Of a stretch of 64,000 bases of DNA, positions 43,712-55,213 are shown piece after piece (position 1 is the first letter of the stretch; every line of letters starts with the position of its first letter). The position numbers and the translations under genes were made by a program. Below the pieces are notes generated by a model, which did not search any database, was not told the origin of the DNA, and was given only the letters and a program-made list of their open reading frames with translations. Source of the DNA: the human T2T-CHM13v2.0 reference genome, Homo sapiens; NCBI GenBank assembly GCA_009914755.4, contig CP068257.2:25440001-25504000 (forward strand). The letters are read 5' to 3'.

Positions 43712-44228
43712 CTGAGATAAAATGCAGGTGGAAAAGAGGCACTGGCTTGGGCAATATGTGGTGTTTGAGAGATAGAGGGAAATGGTAACTAGAAGACTAA
43801 GATATTGAGTATTGTTCATGATTTGAGAAGTGAAAATAACTGGCCCTAAGGAGATCAAACACAAATTCAGAAAGACATGTGAATGTCAGAGTCTCACTGG
43901 CAGTACTTTAAAAGCCTGAGAAATGACCAATTTAAAAACTAGGTTTATTGCCTAATGATAAGAGTAGAACTTAAGAGATAACTGAATAATCAGATTATCA
44001 AAATGCTGCCAAAGTAAAGCCTCTCATAAGGAATAAGTGGGGACTTGAAAAAACTTGGGTGGGAAGTGCTCTTAAAACTTTTGAATTTCTAGATTCTTGT
44101 AAACCCCCTGAACCTGAACAAGCATCCCCCTCCTCTCTGTTGAAAGACATAACCTCTCCAGATCCCACTTGCTTGAAGACATCTAAGAGCTCTCAAATGT
44201 GTCAGTTGCCTTACAAGACAATGCTTGC

Positions 44229-44485
44229 TGTCTTAGTCCATTTGGGCTGATGTAACAAGATACTATAGACTGGGTGATTTATAAACAGCATACATTATTT
44301 TCTACCGGTCTGGAGGATGGGAAGTCCAAGATCAAGGTGCCTGCAGATTCAGTGTCTTGTAAGGGTCTTCTCCTCCATAAACAACCAACTTCTCACTCTG
44401 CAATCACATGCAGAAGGGCTGAGGGATCTCTTGTAGTCCTTAGGAACACTGTTCCAACCCATTTATTATGTGATATGAAAGGTCA
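44229..44485 (-). mobile_element. MaLR/ERVL-type LTR fragment (MST/MLT1-like), antisense
   Basis: tgtcttagtccatttgggctgatgtaacaagatactatagactgggtgatttataaacagc… …tctggaggatgggaagtccaagatcaaggtgcctgcagattcagtgtcttgtaagggtc… matches the 5' half of the reverse complement of the MaLR LTR consensus. Confidence 0.6.
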
Positions 44486-44924
44486 TTTGCTGTAAGTGGG
44501 ATCCAGAGAAAGATATTTCTTGGCAGCTATTATAAGCAGTCTTGCCCATACAGCCTTATCATCCTGTAGAGCTCGTGATACTAGAAGTATCAGTGGTTTA
44601 AAACAAAACAAAAAGATACCATGTGCAGTCTGAAAAATATCTAAAGGAGCCATGCAATGAAAATTCCTAGTGTCCTGCAGCAAGGTTATGCCGTCTGTAG
44701 TAGGGAACCATGCACGCTAAAAAAGCAGTTTCTGGTATGCACCGAGCTCTGCTCCAGACAGAGCATGCAACTGTAGAACAGTAAGTGGCCCTGTCTCTAA
44801 AACTGACCAACATGAGCTGGATACGCTCAGAGCCCTTAAGTTATGAGTTTGGGTGCATAGTGGGAGGAAAGATGATTTTCAATGATTAAGAGTTGGTGAC
44901 TTCCAAAGTTAAAATAACATAGAA

Positions 44925-45095
44925 ATCTCTCATTCTCTCTACTCTGCTAATAGGTATAGAAGCATGCCATGTTTTCATTTAAAGCATCAGCAGAAGGCAA
45001 GAAAGAAAGAATACTTTGTATTGATTGATTGATTATTTGGGTCAATGCCGCTTGACAGATTCTGAAGAACAAGAGGCGAGAATGTTTTAATCTAC
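44925..45095. repeat. Copy A of an unclassified ~170-bp direct repeat (partner at 47003-47175)
   Basis: ctctgctaataggtatagaagcatgccatgttttcatttaaagcatcagcagaaggcaagaaagaaagaatactttgtattgattgatt…atttgggtcaatgccgcttgacagattctgaagaa…gagg is ~85-90% identical to the same-strand segment 2.08 kb downstream. Confidence 0.8.
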
Positions 45096-45764
45096 CGTGC
45101 TTTGTATATTAGGGAGAACAAAAATGAATTCTTATATGTATATGATATTTGAAGTTCTAGTGAGAGAAGTAGACTTTTTTGAAAGTGTGATGTTGTAGAA
45201 TGAAAGGAGGACATTGTTGGAAATAATTTATGGAAAGAAAAAGAAGCAATAGTTCTAAACTCAATATGATATTAAACTCCATACTTATTCTATAACACTT
45301 CCAAAACAGTAAGGATAATTTTGCAATGGTCTTCAACCGATTTTCAGTTTTTTTATCCAAAGGAATATAGACTGGGTGATAAGCATCTCTCAATCTAAGG
45401 AAGATAGTAAATGATATGACCTCCTCTGAGAAGATTTTGGTACCAAAAAGAATATTCAAGATTAATTTGCTTCCCTTTCCTACTGGGGAGGATCCAGTAA
45501 GTAAGAATAGCAGCGTATATTAAAAAATAAAAAGACTGACTCATAATAATAGTTTTCTCCAAGCCACGACATCAATAACTATCTTTGCCCCTTCAGCATG
45601 TGTTCTGAAGGTAGAGGGATTGAAGTACTCTAGGTGGGCTCCAGACTTAAATGAACAAATGATATGCATGTCATCTCTGATACTCTGCAAAACTTGTGAT
45701 TCCATGATCCTATGAGCTGTATGCCTTTACAGTCTCTTGGTGATCACTAAAAGGGACCAACTCT

Positions 45765-45985
45765 TTTTTTTTTTTTTTTTTTTTTTGAGACGGAGTCTCA
45801 CTCAGTCGCCCAGGCTGGAGTGCAGTGGCTCGATCTCGCTCACTGTAAGCTCCGCCTCCTGGGTTCACACCATTCTCCTGCCTCAGTCTCCCGAGTAGCT
45901 GGGATTACAGGCACCCACCACCACGCCCAGCTAATTTTTTGTATTTTTTTTTTAGTAGAGACAGGGTTTCACCATGTTAGCCAGG
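45765..45985 (-). mobile_element. 5'-truncated young Alu (AluY-like), antisense, with target-site duplication GGACCAACTCTT
   Basis: (T)22gagacggagtctcactcagtcgcccaggctggagtgcagtggctcgatctcgctcactgtaagctccgcctcctgggttcacaccattctcc… stops at …catgttagccagga, so the first ~60 bp of the left monomer are missing. ggaccaactctt occurs at 45753-45764 and 45986-45997. Confidence 0.9.
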
Positions 45986-46734
45986 ACCAACTCTTTATTT
46001 AACACTTTGAGAGTGAATATTGGAAGTTTTTGTATATACAATTTTATTTTGGGTTGCCTGAGACACATCTCAGTGCTTCTAATGAAGACAAGAACTTGAA
46101 TGAATGTACCATGAAAACTGAGGACTATTGAACAACAGATGTGAAATTGCAAGGTGTATTAATTTGCATTGTGTGACGATCACACAGATGTGTTTCTTGT
46201 TTATATTCAGTCCATTAAGATCTGTTTAGTTAATTTATTCTCTTTGTTTAAAAGGGAAAAAAGCAAATGAATGTGGTAAATAGACCATTAAAACCAAAAA
46301 TGAAAAAATGCCTTCAATAGTTATCTATTTAATTTGGTAATTAGATCACATAGTTAATTTAAATGTTTAAAAAAGAAGCAATGACTAAAAACATGTACTG
46401 ATCTCCAATAAAGTAGCCCCTTTATTGTTTGTTTGTTTTCAAAAAAACAAACAGGTTTGAATTTAATTCACTCAACCACTAAGGTAGAAAACAACGGAAA
46501 CATAGAAGAGCACATAACACTATAATTAATCACAATACTTTCTAGAATATTTAATTCCTATTCCTTCATAGCTAATTATACATTATTCAATGAATCCATT
46601 TTAAATTATGTTTCCAGGTAAAAATACGTATTGCATGGTATGTTAAAATTATGTATTTCCCAATATAATAAAATCTTTTATAAGTTTATATCAGAAGTCA
46701 TCACACTATGCTTCTGAGGGCTAGACACATCTTT

Positions 46735-46915
46735 TTTTGTAAATAAAGTTTTATTGGAACATTGCCATGCTCATTTGTTCTATACTGTCTATTGCTGCTT
46801 TCATGCTACAGCAGCATGGTTGATTAGTTGCAACCAAGACCTTATGGCCTACAAAGCCTAAGGTATTTACCATCTTTCTCTTGACAGAAAAAGTTTGTCA
46901 ACCCCTAATCCAATA
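46735..46915. mobile_element. Second copy (opposite orientation) of the MITE family seen at 8672-8895
   Basis: tgtaaataaagttttattggaacattgccatgctcatttgttctatactgtctattgctgctttcatgctacagcagcatggttgattagttgcaaccaagaccttatggcctacaaagcctaaggtatttaccatct… …gaaaaagtttgtcaacccctaa. Confidence 0.55.
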
Positions 46916-47002
46916 CATAAAATAAGGTAATAGAGAATATATTTTATTAGCTACATTATATATTACTGCTTTTTATCTTAAATTAGCAAGGCAGTAGCTG
47001 TT

Positions 47003-47175
47003 TTAGACATCTCTCTCTCTCTCTCCCTCTCCTTCTCTCCTCTGCTAATAGGTATGGAAGCATGCCATATTTCACTTAAAGCTTCAGCAGAAGGCGAAAA
47101 AGAAAAAAATATTTTGTACTGATTGATTTTATTTGGGTCAAAGCCTCTTGACAGATTCTGGAGAAGAGGATTCTA
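47003..47175. repeat. Copy B of the unclassified ~170-bp direct repeat (partner at 44925-45095), preceded by a (CT)n tract
   Basis: ctctgctaataggtatggaagcatgccatatttcacttaaagcttcagcagaaggcgaaaaagaaaaaaatattttgtactgattgattttatttgggtcaaagcctcttgacagattctggagaagagg. Confidence 0.8.
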
Positions 47176-50100
47176 ATAATAGCCAAGATTACCGCTTTCT
47201 GGTGCTGAGACCTGTTTGCCAGTCTAACAAAGGTAGCCAAAAGGACTTAGAAGGGGACTCTCTATGGTGTTGTAGAGTCCTCAAGCTGCAAGTTACCTTG
47301 AATCTACTCTCAGGGTAGCCTTCAAGTGACAATAACACAATTTGTTTCTATTCTTTAAAATGAATTAAAAACTTGACCCATGAAAATAATTTATTTGCAT
47401 AATTTGAAATAATTATGTTTATATATTTTATAATTATAAATATATAAGATAAATTTTGTAATATATAAACATAAATTATATAATCACTGATTATAAAAAT
47501 AACTATTTTTATTTTTAGAAAGATGAACAAATAAGGTTTTTCTTCTCGGACTCTTAGACTATGGCAACATGTTAGAAATACAACCTGCAGAAACTTTGAG
47601 CAGGTTGTGTGTGTGCGTCTGTGTGTGTTTTGGCACCAACCATAAAGTGGATCCTTTGCATGGGGATACAACAAAGAAATCTTTAATTGGGTGGTGTGAG
47701 CTGTGGTGGTTAAATAAATTTGTCTGGCCAGAAAGAGTTGTTTAGGAGGGAATTCCAGGAAAAGTCACAACTGGGAAGGTCAACCAGTTCTGTGGGTGGG
47801 TCATTACATTCAGGAATTCAGTCAGTATGTGTGAGGTCAGAATCCTGGGAGGTCTGTCCATGCAGGAAAAGGAAGCCAACAAGTAGGTTTGAACAGGCAG
47901 GATATTGGCCCTGGGTGCCACATGGGAAGGAAGAGTAAAATTATACATTCAGCCATTGGTTTCTCATCACATGGTTCAAGCCTCAGGGCAGGAATCCAGC
48001 GTACAGAGGGCAGAGGGTACTGGGCAGTGACAAGTTTTTGGTCTAAAGGGAATATAAGGACATTTGACCCGAACCATCAAGAACTTAAAGAATTATGGAA
48101 AATAGAGGAATGAGCAAAGACAAAGATATCTCAAGCCTGAAGGAAAGAGATATTTGAGGGAAATTGTGTCTGTTTTCAAGTCCTAGTAGAATCCCTTGCA
48201 ATGTCCCTCCTCCCTGGAAGGCAAGAGGAGATTCTGCTCCCAGAACAGGCCTTGGAGTTGTGGCTAGTCTAAGCTTTCAAGTTCACCAAAAGACACAAAA
48301 CAAGACAGAGTCTGATATTCAATGGGGTTTCCCTTAGAGATATCAAACTCCTGTGAGTTACACAATCTAATCCACTCAATTTGGGAAAGAGAGAGAGTAA
48401 TGGGAATACTTCTTAGACAAATGTCAAAATATTGAATTAAGAAGTAGTAGCCAAAATGTTCTATTATGAAATATTTTGTCTTCTCAGGTCAGAGTCAGAA
48501 ATCATGAAACTCCCATGATGAGTTTAACTTGTCAGTCTGATTTGTATCTCCTGTGTTCTGGCTTTTAATTCCTTCTTATTGTCTCTATTTCACACCACAT
48601 TCTGATTTCAGCATTTCTGACACCAGTATGCTAACCCCCAGTTTTTTCCAGGAATTCAGTTTGATATGTCTTCTCAACCTATGGCATATTCTGGCTCCAA
48701 TTAACCTGCTTTAGTGCTTCAGCAAGAGGGGCTTAAATCCCTCCCATGTGAAAAATGATGACGATGCTATTTTTTACGTTACTATATTCTGCTTTTCCAA
48801 AATCCATCCAGCCAGATTATGTCCTGATAGCATGTTAACGCTGGTTTGCATGGGGGACTCTTTCAGAGTAAGGGTGCCAAGATTTTTTTTTATTGAATTA
48901 TGATGATAATCAAAGGCTTTTAGTAACTATTAGATTAACTTGTATAATAACAGCAAATCATAACAAGACAGTGTCATGAACTCTAGCTTTCAATTCTGAA
49001 GTTTAGACAAGTGTGTACTTGTATGTGTGTGTATACCTTTATTTGTACTTCTGAGAATTTACGTAATTTATTTACTACTCATTCTCTAAGTCATTTGAAG
49101 AAAATAAGTTACCATCTAAAGAATGGAAATTTAAAGACAAACACCCTAAAATGAGAAATTAACACGGTGATGTTAGTATTGACTTATAAACTCATGCTTC
49201 AAGTTGAAAGACAAACCATTGAACTTCATATATTTATATCAGTTCTCTTAGCCTTCATCAGTTCTCACAGCCTTTTAAAATGCTAGGTAAACATATATGC
49301 TTGCTATCTTTCAGGTTTATGTTTGGTTTGTCAAAGCATACACTAAATAATTTTATTCTGCATAAAATCAGAAAGATACTATTTTTAAAAATAAAGATTG
49401 ATACATGCGAAAAATTGCATGGAAATTAGAGACAATGTGAAATGTAATTGAATAGCAGATTAGTTGGAATAGTTATAAGAGAAAATACAAACTGTGATAG
49501 TTAGGGAAGAGACGTAAGAAGTAAAGTAGCTTGGATGGTTCTTCCTTACAGTATAGACATTGAAAAACATTTTCAAAGCTTAAGTAAGAAAACAACTCAA
49601 TAAAATTGAGAAAAGAGAGATGAAAATATCATGGAGGGATGACTGTTCACTTTTGGCTTAACTATAGTAAGACTCTACACCTAAACTTTTCATAAGCATA
49701 AACAAAATTTGGCCAAAAAATCTAGAATTCATTAAGTTATTGATAGCTACCTGATACTAGTTCATAAAGTAAGGGATTAATTTCTAATTTATAGGCTTTA
49801 ACTGTGTTTTGCCATATGTACTTACAGCCAACTGGTGGTTCCTAGAATGATTTCAGATGGTATATTAATAAACATTTCAAAAAATGTATTTAAGTATTAA
49901 ATATGTATTTTAAAAATATAACTGTCACAAAAAATGATGTGTTAGGTAGTTGCCCAAAGTTTGTTTGTTTTTTTCCCTTGGCTGTATGTATATAAGTTAA
50001 AAAAAAGAGAGTAAGTTAAAAATGAAATATTAATATATAATAAAATGTGATATAAAGATTCGGTCAAATATACGAAAGTGATGTAAAATTAACATCTTCA

Positions 50101-51084
50101 AAACCCCAACATAGAATGCCAATAAGGCTAGACCTTTCAGGGACTGAAGTGTTCCCATTCACCATTAGGCTACTTCCCTCATAGTTAAGGTATTTGGGAA
50201 ATCAAACTGAACATGAAAAAGTTGATTAGCAAGCAGAAACTCAACAGCAAGGCATCTGGCTAGTTTTGATAACTATATCAGCAAGGTCATATAAAAATCT
50301 GGGATCCACTTGAGAACAATGTAGTCGAGTTCTATGATGTTGGAGATACTATATAAATACATTTTACGATATTCAGTAGCTCCCTGTATTATCAGGAGAT
50401 GGTCTTTATAGGCTTAATTTTTAGGAAGGTCCAGAGAGCCGGCTCCTGAAAAATTAACATGACACCCTTGAAGAAAACAATGTTTATGTTGACTTCTGAG
50501 GAAGACAAGCATCCTGGGAAAACAGGCACTCAGCCTGTGGGAGGTGTCAGCAGAAAATGTATCCCCAACAGGAAATACCAGGCTTTAATCAATGGAAAGG
50601 TGCTTTTATTGAGTACAAAATAAGGTCATATTCCATTTCTGCTCTCATTTCTCAGCCCGCTCTTTCCTAGTATGTAAAATAACTTACAGAGTTGCTTGGA
50701 ACATTAAACAAAATAATGTCATATGGCAAGCACTCAGTAATAACATTATGATTACTTGTCCTGAGAAGCTGGTCATATGTTGTGTGTATGTTTGAGAATG
50801 GTGATTGCGAAATTGAAGAAACCATTTTACTTGGAGGGACCTGTGGGGAATGTGGGCAGCCTTAAGCATAGATCTGAAATCACTCAAGGGAAAACATTCC
50901 TTCTACTTTGGCACTCTGGCAGCAACAGCTGCTGTGGTAAGCACTGAGGTCCTGGAAGCAACAAGGCTGAAGTGGCCGTGAGGAGTAGACAGGAGTGGGA
51001 TGAAGAACACCTTGAGCTTCCAGGGAGTTTCTGGGGAGAGAAAGAATGAATGATTTTAAGTCCCAAAGTAGGGCCTTGAGAGCA

Positions 51085-51312
51085 GCATAACATGGTGCTG
51101 AGCTGATAGACTCTGAAGTTCAGCAGGATCAGTACTAATTGTGTGGCCTTGGACAAGTTATTTAACCTTTTGAAATCTGTTATCTTGTCTGTAATGTAAT
51201 GAGGATGGTGATGGGAATGACTGTCTCAGAACACTGCTGTGAGGATTAAATACGAAATCTGGGTGAAGTGCCCAGCTCAGTAAAAACACTCAGTAAATAC
51301 TGGCTCAGAAGG
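51085..51312 (+). mobile_element. MIR SINE, 3' two-thirds
   Basis: …gtgtggccttggacaagttatttaacc… …ctgtctcagaacactgctgtgaggattaaatacgaaatctgggtgaagtgcccagctcagtaaaaacactcagtaaatactggc versus the MIR consensus …gtgtgaccttgggcaagtcacttaacc…cctcacagggttgttgtgaggattaaatgagataatgcatgtaaagcgcttagcacagtgcctggcacatagtaagcgctcaataaatg. Confidence 0.8.
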
Positions 51313-52528
51313 AAAAAATAAAACAAAATGTAAAACAAACAAAAATAAAGCATTGTTATCTCCAAGGCTGTAGTGTAGAGAAACAAAAGAATGCATTTTT
51401 ATAACTGAATGCATTGGTCCCAAGTCTTGACATTCTGCACACAGTGGATCCATAGTCACATATAAAATGCATGTGTCTTTCTTTTTTCCTACTGAAGCCA
51501 TAGGCCCCTTTAGATTTTGGCACTTACTGTGAAAGCCAAACAGCAGGAATTTCTTGGCCACATTTAAGGTGATTGATCTTTTATTTTCAGAATATCTTTT
51601 GTCAGAATGTCGGTGAGTTGCATCTCTGCACGTAACCTTGAAATAAAGATGAGCAGCTTTTCTTCTCCACACTTAAAGTGTCCTTTATTTCCAGGGAACT
51701 AGCGACATGCTAATATCTCTGAAAATATCTTCCTTAAACTATTTGATAAGATGCTTCACAGAAATAGAAAACAAGGGGACTGAGTACCAGTTGCTCTAGA
51801 GAGTCACAGCCTTGAAGTTATGAGCCCCTAGGGAAAGGCCACTGGGAAAGTGCTGAGCAGACTAAGGAAATACTTCAATCAGAGCAGAATACCAAGATAG
51901 TTGCCTATGGGTTAGATTTAAAAGATTAGTGGAATATACCTCACTGTTCACAGGAAGGAAGGCTATCACTGAGGGTCTTCCTATACTGGAATCCTCATGG
52001 AACAAAGAAATAACATTGAAATGTTGACATCCAGGCTTGTATACAATAATTTTAAGATTTTCTGCCTCTATTTCTAGATTCTTGAGTATTTAGTTATGGT
52101 ATTCCCAATGCAAAAATTAATCCTCAGGCTATGAAGGACAAATCTGGCTTCAAAAGTACTAAGGCATCAAGAAAAAAAGAGAATTAAGTCAACTAAAAGA
52201 AGGCTAATGCCTGAATGTATCAATCGAATTGGTTTTATTATGATTGCTTTGGTCCATGTAACATGAAATATTTACACAAATTGGAAAAGCTTGCATAGGT
52301 CCTTTTATTTGCATTTGTCAGCTCTATTGTCCTTCTGAACTCACTATGCAAAGAGAAAATTCCTTTTAAGCATTGAGAGGATGATGAAGGCATGCTTTCT
52401 AGTTCTACTCCTTCTCCCATTCATTCATGACATATTAAATGAGAGATAATGCTCAGGCTAAATACATAAAAGGAAATTGGTCAGTCTGCTCCAAAAAAGA
52501 AAAAAAAAGTTTGAGATCTAGAGAAAAC

Positions 52529-52530
<2 letters not shown>

Positions 52531-52560
<30 letters not shown>
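52531..52560. repeat. (GA)15 microsatellite
   Basis: gagagagagagagagagagagagagagaga read directly. Confidence 0.95.
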
Positions 52561-52563
<3 letters not shown>

Positions 52564-54914
52564 TGAGCTTAAGAAACATCTATCTGAATTCTGAAAAGGG
52601 AGAGATTAACAACTAGAAAGGTGTGAGTGACTTCCTGGAGGTCTTGGAAGGCAGTTTGGTGGCTATGGATGAGAGCAGAGTCCAGCTTCAGATGGCTGTT
52701 GTTCAAATCAGACTCAACTGTTTGCTAATCATGCAATGTTGGTCAAGTTACTTAGTATTCTGGGTCCTAATATTCTTACTTGTCAAAAAGTGGTAATAAT
52801 ACAACCTACTTCAATGCCCGGATATATTAATAAATTACAAAGTGGAAAGCACTTAAAACACTACGTTACATTTAGTCAACTCTACGTAAGTAGAGTTTCA
52901 CAGTAAGTGCCAAAATCTGAAGGTACCTAAGTCAATAGGCCTGCCCTGAACTCAGGCAGGTTCCATTAATTTACATGGAAAAGTATGCAAATAAATTAGG
53001 TTTTGTGTTCTTGTTGTCCTTGTGTGTTCCCTCATGAACTTGTTTTCTGACACTACAATGCTAAGATTACGGTATTGACTATCATCTCTTCCCCATCTTG
53101 TGTACATTTGTAAAGATGCATGTTAGTCTTGGCTGCCAGCCATACCATCTGGTCCTAGTGGTTAAGGGAACAGAGAGGTAACTGAGGAGATAATTTTTTT
53201 TAAAGTGTTCATGAATTAGATATGTAAGAACTAGTTCCTTCTGAATCAAATTATGAAAGTTAGTATGTTTGGAATAAAAATAGCTAAGGATGTTTAAATA
53301 TGGACATTTCTGAAGTAATCCTTTTAACTCTGTCCTTCACCTAAAGTAACAAAATGGAATGCTGAGACTAATTTAATTTTGATAGCCTGAATTTCTATGC
53401 TGTTTTAAATATAGTTTAATCACATAGCTTGTTTAGGAGGACATCTGTGGTTTAATGGGAAGTTGATTGGAATTGGAATTAGAATAATGCTTTCCAAACC
53501 GTTGTCTGTAGGAAACAGGTCCCGCAAGATGTTTGCAAGTGTTCTATGAAAAGAGATTTCTTCAGCAAAATAAGTAGGAAAATGTTGAATTAGCAGATCT
53601 CATTTCAGAACCCAACTTTGCCATTTATAGGTTATGTAACTTTGAAGGAGCCGCAAGTTTTCTGAACTCCACTTGTAATATCTCACAAGTTTGTTTGGCT
53701 TTTTTTTTTTTGGTGGAATAAATAAGATCATGTACATGAAAGACCTGAGAAATGTGTCCTTGATATATGTCAATGGACTCAGCTTCAGCATTCCAATGAA
53801 ATGGGCCTGAAATTGGGCGCTGTTTTTCATGTGGTTATCATTCAAGTTTAGAGAGAAAGTAATGCCTGTAGGATATGGAAAAATTATCAGGTTATTAGAA
53901 AGAGTTCCATCTGCTACTTCTGACTTGGATATAAATAGAAAAACTGCTAATCCTAAAAAGGTTTTTTTTTTTAAAATGCTTGTTTTAAGGGCATATTTTC
54001 TCTTTAATGCTTTTTTTCTATTAAAAAACCCTTATGTATCTGTTTTACCAACCGGTAAAGCAAACCAAAAAATACAGAAAAACCAAACATCAGAAGAAAA
54101 AAATAATCTCACGCTTTATGATGTTAAACCATCAGTCAAGAATACATGCGATTTTAAAAACAGTGAATGTACTTAAAGCTATGAATAGTTATGAAAAATA
54201 GTGATTGAAATATTACTATGGGCTTAGAAAAAAAACTATGAAAAATAGTGGTTGAAAAACTAGTATTATTCAAAAAGCAAAACAGCTAATACCATGTTGG
54301 AAGATATGTGAAACAAGCAGAAGTCTCACATGCTGCTGGTGATGATATAAAGAGGTACAACCATTCTGGAAAACTATTTGGAAGTATACACTAAAGCTGG
54401 ACATAGGCATACCCCATGACCCACAATTCTAGAAACACGTGTTTTCCAAAAGACAGGCACTAGAATCTTAATGGCAGTGCTATTTGTAATAGCCCCAAAG
54501 TGAGAAACTGTTTAAATGACCATGAAATGTATAGTGGCCAAATAAATGGTTGTCTATTCACACAATGGAATATTATGAGCAAGAGAATGAATAATCTACA
54601 ACTTTAAGCAACAATGCAAATGCATCTCACAGACATAATTTGAATACAAACTCCAGACATAAAAGGGTGTGTAGTATTTAATTTTATTTGTGTAAAACAG
54701 GAAAATCTAGCTATGTTAGAAGTTAGGATAGTGATTACCTGAGAAAGGCAGTAACTAGAATAAAAGGCAATAGGCCTGCCCTGAACTGAGATGCAGGTTC
54801 TATTTCTTGATCTGGTACTGGTTACATGGATGTTTGTAAAAATGTATTGAGCTATAAACATAAGTTATGTGTACTTTTCGGTGGCATATTTCACTCTGGT
54901 AAAAAGATAAACGA

Positions 54915-55213
<299 letters not shown>

